Assembly: GCA_964016885.1 (NCBI GenBank)
Contig: OZ024740.1
Location: 360,654,001-360,718,000 of the forward strand
Reading direction: 5' to 3'
Source: Eledone cirrhosa
Taxonomy: Eukaryota
Length of the DNA: 64,000 nt
Positions 51,644-64,000 of this stretch are shown here, one piece after another. Position numbers and translations under genes: made by a program. The notes under the pieces are model-generated. The model was not told the DNA's origin. It worked only from the letters and a program-made list of their open reading frames with translations, and searched no databases. Position 1 is the first letter of the stretch. The number at the start of each line of letters is the position of its first letter.

Positions 51644-51849
51644 TCAAATCTCAGTTTTTATGTCGGCATCAGCTGTTAATTCCATGTCTTGTAGTGCCAG
51701 CCTTTGTTTTTCTTTCTCCGGGCTGTTAAATTTCATCACCTTGCTTATTAATAGGAATACAAAGAAGGCTGCTACCATTAAAATACAAAGTAAGAAGAAG
51801 AGATACTCTAGATGGCCCTGATTAATGTCTTTATCATTTAACCAAGGAT
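51644..51849 (-). CDS. SLC15A4: SLC15A4-like peptide/histidine transporter, last coding exon
   Basis: cag|(D)PWLNDKDINQGHLEYLFFLLCILM...DADIKTEI*; typical POT-family INxGHLxYxFFLL. Exact paralogue uncertain. Confidence 0.88.
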
Positions 51850-51950
51850 CTGTGGAAATGAAAAAACAAAAAGATTAAGAAATGGTCAGAACATTAATTT
51901 ATGTATATCCTAGATTGAAGGCATATATGTAGAACCAGCACTATCATTAA

Positions 51951-52172
51951 CCCTTTAGCATTTAAACCGGCTGTATCCAGCCAGAACTCTCTCACCTCTT
52001 TCTGTTCAAACTGGCTGTAACTGGCCACTCATACCGATGTTAAGGTATTGTTCTCAAAATAAATAATATCAAAATCTCGTAAATTCGATATTATGTGAGA
52101 TAAATATGAAAGGTGAAGGCTATTACCATGAAAATATAATAGTATACATAGAGTAATTTAAATGTTAAAGGG
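51951..52172. mobile_element. piggyBac-type MITE
   Basis: TTAA|CCCTTTAGCATTTAAA ... TTTAAATGTTAAAGGG|CTAA; related TTAACCCTT-starting elements at ~9543, 10024, 38076, 44168 and 63630. Confidence 0.65.
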
Positions 52173-52334
52173 CTAAGGCCAATTAGGCAGCCACCTAGAG
52201 TGCAGACCTGAGAGAGGCACGTTACTAAACCTCAATGGATCTCAGTGTGATTAAATGGTATTTTCATTATTCTATTGACTCTGTATTTTTTGCAATTCTG
52301 TTGTTTTTCATTTATTAACTGGTTGAGATCTATA

Positions 52335-52472
52335 ATAATAATAATAATGAAAATATTGTGTACAGTGCTCAGGTGCACTACAACTCATCAAAAGTGTATG
52401 TATAGTACATAGGGTAATGTACAAACGTCAGGAAAATGAACAGTGCATGAATCATGATATACACATGTGTGC
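52335..52472 (-). mobile_element. Extremely truncated CR1 3' end with TSD ATCTATA
   Basis: Nearly identical to 12380-12515; TSD at 52328-52334 and 52473-52479. Confidence 0.88.
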
Positions 52473-52767
52473 ATCTATACCAGATATGAATTCAAAATAT
52501 ATCTCATTTTGAATTTGCCGCTAGCACAGTCCTTAGGCAAATGAGTCATTCTTCCATGTGTGACGTCACTACTTGCTGTCAACTGACTTAGCCATTGTAG
52601 CAGTAATTTCTCGATGCACAAAATGGACAGACCACTTCACACTCTTTTGCTATTTTAGTTACATGGTGGTGGTGTTGATGATGATGATGATGGCAGTGGT
52701 GGTGGTGGTGGTGGTGATAATGGTGATGAGGATGATGGATGATGAGGATGACGTTGACAAGACTTAC

Positions 52768-52902
52768 CGTTCTTAGTTGATGCATTGACAATAGCAATAA
52801 TGGCTGTTGATAGGAAGTTTCCAATACCAGTTGTGAGTAGGAAAATTCCCATAACCAAACCTTTTAGAGTGTCTGGTGCTTGGGAATAGGCAAACTCCAA
52901 AC
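52768..52902 (-). CDS. SLC15A4: SLC15A4-like exon
   Basis: tag|(G)LEFAYSQAPDTLKGLVMGIFLLTTGIGNFLSTAIIAIVNASTKN|gtaagt. Confidence 0.92.
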
Positions 52903-53055
52903 CTAGTAGGAAAGAAATATATAAAATGTAGTAGTGGGTGGTGGTGGCAATAATGATGATTATACTGACTAGGGGGTTTTCTAAAATAATATTAAATTTT
53001 TTTTTTTTTAATCAGAAAAAAGCAGCAATTTTAATTGCTTAAATTTCTTTTTTAC

Positions 53056-53256
53056 CTGTGACACTGGTAAATACTTCACTGGACCCAATGAGTGCAAACT
53101 GAGGAATTTGGGCAAATATAGAGACATGAGAAGCATTGTAAAGTTTATCAGCCAAGATCTGTTCTATACTGCCATGCTGTCTTAAGTCTTTTACACGGAA
53201 TATCTCCAAAATTCCAGCCACAAGCACTGACAGTGAAGATAATATTAATCCAAAAC
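53056..53256 (-). CDS. SLC15A4: SLC15A4-like exon
   Basis: tag|(G)FGLILSSLSVLVAGILEIFR...SIFAQIPQFALIGSSEVFTSVT|gtaaaa. Confidence 0.92.
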
Positions 53257-53756
53257 CTAGAGAAAAATGTAGGAAGAGGTAATTACAACTTAGAACATCT
53301 GTGAAGCAAGTCTCAACTCTTGACAACAAAAGGTTTCTCTCTATGAAAGAAAGGTCAGTTGTAAGAAGTGAGTTTGTTCTGATGAATGTGTCATGTTATT
53401 GTACATATAAACAACAAAGCATGGATGAGTTGAGAGAAAAAAATGTGTATAAGAGGAATCAGATGCAGACATGGGCACTAATTAGAAAGACATGAGGCTA
53501 GAATGCTTTGATTATTGTGCATGAACAGTGAAACATGGATGAGCTGAAAGAAAAACTGAGTGTAAGAAGAATCAAATGTAGCATGCAAGAGAGAAGACTG
53601 TGCCAGTATGCTCATGTAATGCAGATGGAGAATAGCTATGGGGTGAAGAAATAACATGAATTGCAAGTGGAAGGAAGATGCAGAAGAAGCAGATTAAGGA
53701 AAATCAGAGAGTGGATCTCAAATTGTTGAAACTCAGAGATGATGAAGGAATGCAAC

Positions 53757-54273
53757 TGTAGCGAAATCTGTCCACATCTTGACCCCTGAGTGACACTTAA
53801 TGGTCAAATTCTGGGTTACCTCCTTTTTGGCGTAAACAAGTTGATGCGTGGGCGATCTCTCGAGGCAGGGGACAGAGGAAGCGACAGATATAAATAGCCT
53901 GTCACAGACCAAGCAGAAGGCAGTTTGGAGCAGTTCCTAATAGAGTAATGATGTAAAACATTAGCCTTCTACAGACCCCTTGGGGTCTACAGACCTTTAA
54001 CTCTCTCTCTCCTGGTTTTACAGACTCTAGCCTTCTCTTGTCACTGAGTTTTGAATACTACCTTACTGCTACAACTAACAAACAATATCTTGCCACTCTA
54101 TTTCAGCATAACGAAATAACAGCAAAAACATCATCAACTTTTATGATTTGTAGTGATCTTATTCTTTGTTCCTTTATTTGCTGAAGTGAAGTAAATTTTA
54201 TATTTAAACGAAACCATTTATTTTGTCGTGTTATTTCACCTCTAACAATACTTACTAACTTTGCTTCGCTTCA
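53757..54273. mobile_element. Solo LTR (517 bp) inserted in an old RTE fragment (~53290-54365)
   Basis: TGTAGCGAA...TTCGCTTCA termini; 4-bp TSD CAAC (53753-53756 / 54274-54277); TATAAATA at ~53890. Confidence 0.8.
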
Positions 54274-55710
54274 CAACAAGGGGAGAGAAGTTGTGATAAA
54301 AAAGACCTGTCCAACTTATACAAGCATGGAAAAAAAGGATGTAAATCACATGATGGTGATGATGATGGCTGTTAGTTATACACAAGACATGACTGCTGGT
54401 ATAAGCAGGGCTCCTAATATTGTCTGTTTAGTCCTTTTGATACTAAATGCTTGAAACCATCCATGGTTCTATGATACAAACCTGTTTATATTAAAGTGTC
54501 TATATTTAAATACTTTTCATCATAAAATACTTTCATGTAAGAACCTTTTTAAATTCCCAAAACCAATTTACTTATTGATTATTTTCCGAATTATTTGAAA
54601 ATCATAAGTTGTATATTTCATTAAAAATATGGTAGTCCTTCTCTCCATTTACTGCTCTATTAAATGCTACCATGTAATGAAGCATGGCACCTGACCTGAC
54701 TACCCAACCCATCCACTCAACATCACTCTTAACTGCCCACATCTCTTTTACTATTATACTACATCTCTATTCCCCCACCCATCTATCTCTTTACCTACTT
54801 CCCACCTTGGTCATTTTCCTCCCCTGCAGGGTTTATTTTTAGGAAATTTTAGAACTGCACAAATCTTTGAAGCTGGTGGCATAACATAGTGTTTGATATT
54901 CTCTGAGTCGGGAAGCATTTTTAATGGCTGTTTTAAACAGTTTATGAATGTTTCAAGTTTTTTAACTCTCATTTACTATGTAAACACATGAAGTAGTTCA
55001 TACAAAATGTAAACTTATTGCACAAAATTAGAACTGCACAAAATGACATTTAGAACAACACAAACAGGTGTCAACTGCTCATTAAAATAATCATAACTGC
55101 CTCCACTCTCTTTTCCTCCATATTGCTCAATCCACCCCACCAAATTTTGCTATTCCCCCTTTATACCAAATAGATAAGAGCAGAAACCTTTCCTACCCTT
55201 AACTATCCACCCTCTTACCAACAATCACCATGTAACTCTAGCACTCTATTTATCTTGCATATCTATACATCATGTACCTGAGCCCACCTTAGCTACCACA
55301 CCCCTCCCATCTCAGCTCTTGATTACGTTCAGTACAAAGTGACCTTTTCTATAGTCCTATAGTCCTTCTCAGCCAATATTATTCACTATTGGTCAAGCCT
55401 GCCTTGGAATAAACTGCACTCAAGAGAGTGGGTGCAACAATAAAAGGCATTTAGTACACCAAGTGAAGTGACTGGACAATAACAACAGCAACAATAACAG
55501 CAGCAACAGCAACAAAAGCACTTGTAATAACAACAAAAACAAGTCACAAGACTAATAGAAGCAGTAGTAACCACGAGACCAGCAGTAGTAACAACTTCAA
55601 CACTAACAACAGAGGCAGTAGTAACGACAGCAACTTCAACACTAACAACAGAAACAGTAGTAACAACAAACAATATAACAGATATAATAATAATAACAAC
55701 AGTTATTTAC

Positions 55711-55894
55711 CAATTCGTTGCAGTGGCGTTGGATTTCTACCAATCTTTTGAAGATATTTGTAGACAAAGTCTAGGAGGGGTATAAGAATTAAGATAATGA
55801 CCACGTTGAAGACATTTAGCACAGCCACTGGCATAGGAGCACCTTTTATAGAAATGTTCATCACAGTGCCTTGTAAGAAGTATGTAGAAGACAT
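55711..55894 (-). CDS. SLC15A4: SLC15A4-like exon
   Basis: cag|MSSTYFLQGTVMN...PVAVLNVFNVVIILILIPLLD...PTPLQRI|gtaaat. Confidence 0.92.
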
Positions 55895-56074
55895 CTGAAA
55901 TAGAAGATAATAAAAAACTTATACTGGTACAGGCGGTATGGTTGTGTGGTTAAGGGGTTAGCTTCATAACCACATGGTTTCAGGTTCACTCGCACAGCAT
56001 AGCCCCACAGGCAAGTGTCTTCGAGTATAGCCTTGAGTTGATCAATGCCCTGTGAATAGAATTTGGTTAATGCT

Positions 56075-56450
56075 TGCCTAAGTACAAAGCAAAACCTACA
56101 GTCAGTAATCAAATATACACCCCCCTCCCACTACCCCAACTCCTCCACCCTCATCAACACCACCCCTTTCTCTGTAAAGTTATGTTGGTACCACAACATC
56201 CAGTCTGTGTAGGTGTCACGACAAAAAAACACAGTCCACGCTGTAATGTGGCCGCGTAGGTAACACGGTAAAAACATCCCAGTCTACACTGTAAACGTGG
56301 TTGGTGTTAGGAAGGGCATCCAGCTGTAGAAAACCTGCCAGACAGTCCCATATGAGCGAGACGACCAATCTTGCCTCAAGTGGGACAACTCCCGTCTAAA
56401 CCCATGATAGCATGGAAGATAGACGTTAAACGATGATGATGATGATGATG
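56075..56450 (+). mobile_element. RTE family-A 3'UTR-only copy
   Basis: Matches 2780-3290 (single unit); (GAT)n tail. Confidence 0.85.
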
Positions 56451-57793
56451 GGAACTGCAGAAATCTGTCATATGTGTTTTTGTGTATATCCATGTCTTTG
56501 TCCTTGTTTATGTCCAGTAACTTAACAATTTGACAAAAAGAGATCAATAAAATAAGTACCAGACTTGAAAAAATAAGTGCTGGGCTCGATATGATCCACT
56601 AAATCTCTTCAAGGAGGTGCCACAGCATGACAGCAGTCTATTGACTGAAATCCAATAAAAGAGTAAAGCAATATAGTTGGTATGTATTGGAAAAGTTCTC
56701 CGGAAAACATTGATAGAACTGGTATAGTTAATTAGCAGTAGCACTAACAGACCATGATTCAGAATACAGGCATGATTCAGAATACAGGCAGAATAGAAGC
56801 ATGTATAATAAATTTGTAGATAATAATTCATGAGGTGGGTATTTTAAGCCATGATCATGTCACAGCTGCCTAAATAACCATGAGAGAATGCCAAATACTA
56901 GTATTTCAGGATCTTTGTCCATCTTCAGTGACAATCACTCATTCAGTACTGAGGCAAAATAAATGAAGTTAAATCTCAGAATGATGCCCAATGGGTAATG
57001 ACTAGAGAAGCTTCTCCACCAGTTTATATAAATATATATATATATTTAATGCTTAGTCAGGAAGGGCTTCTGAAACTGGTAGGAGGGAAGGAAAAAGGGA
57101 GCGAAGATGGGAGATATCTTCAAACTGTCCTGATCTGAATATCCACAACAGTATGAGCTCTGTTAAAGGCTCACAAGGACCAAGTGGTTAGGTTAAACTG
57201 AGTGACAGATTAAGTCTATCTTCCAAGTAGGCCATAGTGGTATTTGAACTCAGAACACAAAGTGCCAGAACAAAATTCCATCAACCCACCACCCATGAAA
57301 TGGCCTTTTAATTCAATGACCCCGAAAATATGAAAAGTAAAGTTGACCTTGGCAGTATTTGAACTGAGTATAGTTTGGGGAATGAACCACACAACATGAC
57401 TGGTGCTTATTTTATTGATATCTGAAGAGATGAAAAGCAAAGTTGATCCTGACTGTGGCTGAAGTTGAATTGAAGAACATAACTAAATATAGGTATGATA
57501 TCCAGACTAATTGGTCTCAGATCTTGACATTTTGTCCACCCTATACCAACCACCCCTATGCTCATCTTTATACACACTAACCCTACACCCCCACCCCTAC
57601 ACTCACCGCCCATATGTCCACCCCTTACACCCACCACTCTTAGACCCTCTACTGCTATGTCCACCACCTCTACACCCACCACCCCAATGTCCACCCCTAC
57701 ACCCACCACTCATATGTCCACCCCCATATCCACTACCCCAATGTAAAAAATATATGAAGTAAAAGTGAAATATAATCCTAGTATTCTACTAAC

Positions 57794-58020
57794 TTGGGAA
57801 TAAATGGCCCAGTAAAAGATGATGGCAAAGAACACAGGTAAAACTTTCAAAGAACTCAAGACTCCATCAACGGTTTCAGCATCAAACGATCCTCCATTTT
57901 CTCTCTTGGCGCCATCAAGACTACTGATCTTCTTACCCGCCAATTTTGCTTGATTCTTTATCAATTTATGTCTTTGGAATCCTTCTCGGATTATTTTAGC
58001 ACTCTGCGAGAGAGCACTTC
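57794..58020 (-). CDS. SLC15A4: SLC15A4-like exon
   Basis: cag|(G)SALSQSAKII...LDGAKRENGGSF...VLPVFFAIIFYWAIYSQ|gttagt. Confidence 0.92.
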
Positions 58021-59231
58021 CTGCAAATGAAACACAAAAAATAAACAATTACAGAATTTATTCTGATACAGAGGTTAGACTTATGCATCCCATGATGAAA
58101 TTCTCCATTTTGCTCTATTGTCTGCATCTCCCCTCACCCACAACTTGGCTTTCATTTCCTCCTCCATCATCTTTAATCATATCTTCTTTGGTCTTCTTCT
58201 TCTCCTACTTTTCTCCACATTGATTCAAATCCCTCCTCTCATCCAATCACTTTTATCATTCCTCAACTCATGACTCAACCATCTCAATCCATTTCTCTTC
58301 ACAATATCTATCACTGGCTCCAATACTCTCAGCCATTCACTTTCATTCTTCTTCAGCATATAATCCAACCACCATTTCATTCTCAAAATGTCTAACTCTC
58401 ATAAATGATGGAACTTTTCACACGTAGTACTTTCCATTCTGTTTTAGTGAGACTCCTCTCCTGCATATATCCCTTAATTCTTCTATAAACCTGTGAAAAT
58501 GCTAAAAAGCTTTAGTCTAAAGCGTGTTTGATAGTAACATTGTGGTCTTATAAAATGAATATCTTTTGCAAAACCTAAGGTGAATGTTGCCTCATGGCCC
58601 CAATGGAAGAAGAGGTGCTAAAAGTGTCAGATCAGCCACAGAGATCGTTCTTGCAAATTGCCATCTCAATCTTATTTGCAGTAAATGGAGAGAACGTTTG
58701 AAAATCCAGGATGTCAGATGTTTTCATTACTATGGGTTCAACAAGAAGACAATCTACCTGTATTGGCTTGTTCATGTAGACAGTTATTTCTTTCTCGCTC
58801 ACAGTAAATAGGGAGGTGGTTTGGGGACCCAAGATGCCAAATGTCTCCACACCAATATGGGTTAGTGTTTTAGCAACCAAAAGTATTCATCAGCATACAT
58901 TCTGTCATAAACTCTTGCATAACAATTGCTAAACTACTTATTTTTCTAATACCACTAAATAAATCAGTCAGGAGGAATGTACTGCTGTATGTTACAGGCT
59001 GTTCCTGGCACCACTTGGAAGAGCCACACTACCAGTAAATAAATTCATGAAGGTCAACCACAATGAAGATTGTGATAGGAAAGTCACTGTATGAGACTGT
59101 CGTAAAAAGTGAAGGGACCTTCGTTTGTGTCTCCACACATATCCAGACTGAGTCTCCTTGCATGATGTTCCCCTGTTTCACATCTGGCCAGAGAACATAG
59201 CAAAACTCACACACTCATTTGCACCAGTTAT

Positions 59232-59412
59232 TTGGCAGTATCGGTAGAGGGTCGGACGCCGTGCTTTGACGCATAGAGTTACGGTCCTTGCCATTCTGAG
59301 TTCAAATCCCGCCGAGGTTTACTTTGCCTTTCATCCTTACGGGGTCGATAAAATAAAGTACCAGTAATGCACTGGGTAATTGCTGGCCTTGTGCCAAACG
59401 TAGAAACAATTA
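59232..59412 (+). mobile_element. tRNA-derived SINE (same family as 50947)
   Basis: TGGCAGTATCGG...GAGTTCAAATCCCGCC...GCCTTTCATCCTTACGGGGTCGATAAA. Confidence 0.85.
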
Positions 59413-59913
59413 TAAGGACGTCCACACTCAACGCTGCCCATGGACCAAGAGAGGAAGATAGTCCATTCTTCTGATGTGATGTCACTGGCCCCTCAATTCC
59501 AGCAAGACCGCCCCTGCCTTTCCAGCTCCATAGCCCCACAGAAACATCCTGAAGAAATAGCCTCAAATGTTCTGCCTTAACAACCAACACATAGACAAAT
59601 TGATTGTGACTTCTACGTTAATTTTATGAGCAGGTTGTTGCACTGATGAAAAAACTGAAACATTTCTCATCAAAACTGATGGAGGTTCATTCTATTGTCT
59701 CTGTAACTAATGAACTAATGTACTTATCTCTCAACTGTAGAATCAACCAGGCTGTAAGCAGATGCCAAAGACTGAGAGAGTGCTATTATTGTGAATATCT
59801 ATCCCAAGGTCAGCTTTGATCCCACAGACCTAATGCACAGAGGTAGTCAGCCTATGTGCACTTGGACTACAATCCAGTGGTATTTGTTAGAACTGTTCTA
59901 GTATAGGAGCATT

Positions 59914-59960
59914 GATGATGGTGGTGGTGATGGTGATAGCAACAGCAACAGTAGCAGCAA

Positions 59961-60043
<83 letters not shown>

Positions 60044-60069
60044 TTGGTGGTGGTGGTGGTGGTGGTTTT

Positions 60070-60110
<41 letters not shown>

Positions 60111-60158
60111 GGTGGTGGTGGTGGTGGTAGTAGTAGTAGTAGCAGCAGCAGCAGCAGT
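59914..60158. repeat. Compound trinucleotide microsatellite (GCA/GTA/GTG)
   Basis: In-register runs of TAG, TGG and CAG. Confidence 0.95.
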
Positions 60159-60170
60159 TGTAGAACTTAC

Positions 60171-60340
60171 CTCTAGGTTCAGAGTGTTTATAAATATTGC
60201 GTCCTGAAACCAGTATGATCATTGCCAACACCATGGTGATAAACGGTATTAAATAACCAATTTCAAAAGAGATATTCTGCTGTACTAATGCCACAGCTGA
60301 GTATGCAATCAGTGCCCCTACATTGATGAACCAATAAAAC
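60171..60340 (-). CDS. SLC15A4: SLC15A4-like exon
   Basis: cag|(W)FYWFINVGALIAYSAVALVQQNISFEIGYLIP...SEPR|gtaagt; PTR2 signature FYxxINxG. Confidence 0.94.
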
Positions 60341-62658
60341 CTGTAATATGGAACAGAAAATAAAGTACCAGTAATACACTGAAATAATTGCTGGCTTTGT
60401 GCCAAAAGTAGAAACAATTATTATGTTCTAGGGAGATGAATTGACAAATCCTGCTGAGGTTAACTTTGCCTTTCATCCTTACAGGGTTGATTAAATAAAG
60501 TACCAGTAATGCACTGGGATAATTGCTGGCCGTGTGCCAAAAGTAGAAACAATTATTATATTCTTAGTGGATTGACAGAGTTATTAAAACATCAGACAAA
60601 ATGCCTTAACACTTTCATAATACTATTTCTAATAAAATACATCACCATCATCATCATTAAACGTCCACTTTCCCTGCTAGCAAGGGTTGGAGAGGTCTAC
60701 ACTGACCAAGTCACTACTGAAGCATGTCTGCAGGCTTCTCAGACAGACTGGGGGCTTGCATCTCATTTACATATGATATCTATTTCAAAAAGTTATATAC
60801 GCTCTATTTCAGTTGATTATTGAAGAAGTTTGAGCGATTTACTAAAAGAAGAAGAAGAAGAAGAAGGAGGAGGGGGGTAATGTTTTACATCTAGCTGTAA
60901 AACATTACTTCATAAATGGATCAATGATGCAAATGAAACCTGTAATTCAAAAGCACAGTCTTGTACACGGAATCTCCTTGAGAATTATGTTAAGGTACAT
61001 GTGTCTGCGGAATACTCAGCCACACACATGTTAATTTTATGAGTAGACAGTTCCATTGATCGAAGAACTAGAACACTCGTTGTTGAAACCGACAGAGGTC
61101 CATTCCCCTTGCCAACAAAAATATTCAGAATTTTAGAAGAAACAATGAGCACAGTTGAGAGAGGTTCCCAAATCCTTGACTGTTGCTTGTGAATGTGGCA
61201 GCAAGGGCTGCTACTCTGTGACCCCTTTGGACACTGTGCTGTCCTGATTCTTGAAATGGATCACAGTGACAGATTGAGGGAGAAGTGAGTCTGATGCCAT
61301 GGTCAAATGAATCAAACACCAACAAGGTAGTTCATGCCCAACCACCTAAACAAGTAATCACCTCTGACACAATTGACAGTGATGATGGTGCCTGAAATTG
61401 AAGCAGAATCAAATGAGTCTCCCTGTAATTATGAAACCGTGGCTGGTTTCATAGCTACTTCAACTCTCCCTTCAAAATTATTTACAACTTTCCCTCATAA
61501 CACTTTTTGTCTACAGGACTTTTCCTTCAGAGTTTGTTTATCACACTGTATATCACACAGTGTATCCCACAGTTTATCACAATTTATCCTTCTCAATATA
61601 TTCCACATTGAATCACACAATTTATCACACAGTGTGTCACACAGCATATCTCACAGCTTATCATGTAGTATATCAAACAGTATATCACACAGTATATAAC
61701 ACATCGAAAACACACACACATACTCACACTATATATCAATAAAGTATTGAGGTAAAAATTCCTTAGGGGCGCACTCTGCATGTAGTGTATTCTAAATATG
61801 GTGAATGAAAAAAATCTATAAAGAACTGAGGATAGTCTCAGAGTTTTTAGAATGTGGGACTCTATATGTATGTATACATTTCATCCTATGTACTCAGGCA
61901 CATTCAATTCTACTCTTTGTTGACATGTCAGATCTGACCATGGAAATAATGTTTTAATTGGTCTTTTCATTGCTGATACTATCTGCTGGTTACATTACAA
62001 CTCATGGTAGAAGAAAAAAGCTGTTTGTCAGATTGGACCAAAGAAACAATGGCAGAAGGATCAATGTGAAATAAAGTATTTTGCACAAAAACACAACACA
62101 CTGGATAGTTCATAAATTGACCTGATGATTGTGAGTTCAAAACCCTAACCACTAGGCGACATGCCTAGTGGTTAGGATTGTGACATATGAAATTCTTGTA
62201 AACATATGATAATTGTTTCTGATTTCAACACAAGGCCAGTAATTTGAGGGGAGAGAAAGCTGATTTTATTTTATCAACCCCAGAATGATAAAAGACAAAG
62301 GTCACTTTGGCAAGACTTGATCTCAGAATGTAAAGAGCTGGAACTATTAAGTATTTGTCCTATGCTTTAATGACCTGTTGTAAATATATGATAATTGTTA
62401 CTACTTTAGGCACAAGATCAGCAATTTGAAGAGGAGGGGAAAGTCAATTAAATCGACCCCAGTGCATTACTGGTACTTTATTTTATTGACCCCGTAAGGA
62501 TGAAAGGCAAAGCTAACCTCAGCAGGATTTGAACTCAGAACATAAGAGCCATAACTCTATGCTGCAAAGCATGGTGTCTGACGCTCTACCGGTAATGTCA
62601 ATCTAAATATGGGATAAGGATAACAATAAAATGTCTTTGTTTTAAAGACTCTACAAAC

Positions 62659-62798
62659 CAGTTAAAGAATCTCTGTACCATCTTAGGTCCAAGATCATCA
62701 ATCTGTTGTGCTCCAAAGGGTGCTACATTGGCTTTGATGCCTCCAGTACCTATTGCAATCAGCAACAAAGCCATGATGAAGTAGACTCTTCGAGATGT
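62659..62798 (-). CDS. SLC15A4: SLC15A4-like exon (upstream exons lie beyond the window end)
   Basis: cag|TSRRVYFIMALLLIAIGTGGIKANVAPFGAQQIDDLGPKMVQRFFN(W)|gtttgt; PTR2 motif GTGGIKANVxPFGAxQ. Confidence 0.94.
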
Positions 62799-64000
62799 CT
62801 GGAATGAAAAAGCACTTGTTATGTGGACTCAATAGTTAGAAGTACATTATTATACTCAGAGCCAGAATCTGGGTATTTACTGCCCTAGGCTAACTCTACT
62901 ATGCCCAGTTTTGCATCCCATTCTCCCAAATAAAATAATTTCAAGTTCCAGTTTGGAAAGCTGATAAATCTATTTTTTGACACTTCTTGTACTGACCAAA
63001 ATAAGAAAAATGACTAAGTCTGCATTTTTCACAAAACAGTCCACACTCACACAATGCAAAACTAATTTCACTGATCATAACATCATACAACCTTCTCCAC
63101 CATTTTGTATATTTTCACAATGCTGCTGCACAGCAAAGATATTTAGTGATTTATATATTAATTGCAGAAAATTATTATAGATAATGTAATTATACAAATT
63201 AGTTGCTGGGTCCATTTTATCATGGTACTAGTTGTCCCATTTTACAGAGTGGACTGGATGCATTTTGTCATGGCACCACCAGCACTACTATTTTTCAGAG
63301 TGTACTGGCTGTATTTTATCATGATATCAGCACTAGCACTTTACAGCATATGCTGGGTGCATTTTATCATAGTACCAGCACTACCATTTTACACAGTGTA
63401 CTGGGTATATTTTATAAGTATTTTACACATTTGACTGGATGCATTTTATCATAACACCAGCAATCTGGTTGTAAAAAAACAAATGCTTCAACAAAAAAAT
63501 AATGTCTTCCCTATGTAAACATGGAAAATAAAATAATGTTCTTTGCCAGACTAGTAGTTTAAATAATTTCTCATTGGTACCAAAATATTCATTTTGGAAC
63601 TATTCAATATTTACCTATTTGCCAGTCTCATTAACCCTTTTGTTACCATATTTCCAATGAAATATATTATCTACATGCTTCAAGTAATTTTGAAAATAAT
63701 CAGAAAATTTAGAAGGATTTAGTAAAACAACTAACCTTGTCGTTATTAAGTTGGTATTTGGAGCATTATTTGACAAAATTGCTTGTATAAAATCATATTG
63801 AAAGATTTTATTATAAATATGAATTTGAACTTTTTAAAATCTTTTTGTTGCTATATTTCTAATTGAAGACATTGCATATGGTTTTCAAATCATTTTGAAA
63901 ATAATAAAGAAATTGAAGGAATATAGTAATATTTAGTAAAGTTTCTTATTATTATGTTGGTATATATGGAACATAACTTAATAGAGGCTCTTACATAAAA

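Noticed and set aside
57407-57762. Pro-rich and Gly/Val-rich ORFs
   Set aside because: Low-complexity C-rich intronic repeat.
59887-60170. Poly-C/Y/H/T/A extension of the SLC15 exon ORF
   Set aside because: Lies past a consensus GTAAGT donor; intronic microsatellite.
61140-61330. Possible hAT dimerisation-domain remnant (LLPHSQATV on the minus strand)
   Set aside because: The motif is too short and degenerate to support without a search.
62144-62176. 14-bp perfect hairpin CCTAACCACTAGGC/GCCTAGTGGTTAGG
   Set aside because: Local inversion at the head of a decayed SINE; no evidence of function.

Overview
AT-rich, microsatellite-laden eukaryotic DNA. The SINE/RTE repertoire suggests an octopod cephalopod (inference). 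Three spliced genes were reconstructed by hand. CDC16/APC6 lies on the minus strand (coding exons 1-11, 16081->342, continuing off the left edge). AKAP14 lies head-to-head with it on the plus strand (5 coding exons, 16233-42308, about 233 aa, ATGs about 150 bp apart). The last 7 exons of an SLC15A4-like POT/PTR2 peptide transporter lie on the minus strand (62798->51644). Introns and intergenic DNA hold RTE LINEs with a PHD finger inside the RT domain, CR1-group LINEs, a CRE-like remnant, tRNA-SINEs, mariner/pogo/piggyBac-type MITEs, a solo LTR and satellites. The most unusual signal is a cluster of hammerhead-ribozyme structures at 40-51 kb, set among (TA)n tracts next to Penelope-like remnants. 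It includes a 179-bp near-perfect inverted repeat with a hammerhead on each strand, a partial-tandem (pLTR/retrozyme-like) unit, and a 111-bp palindrome made of two hammerhead 3' halves. All assignments come from reading the sequence; no database search or folding program was run.
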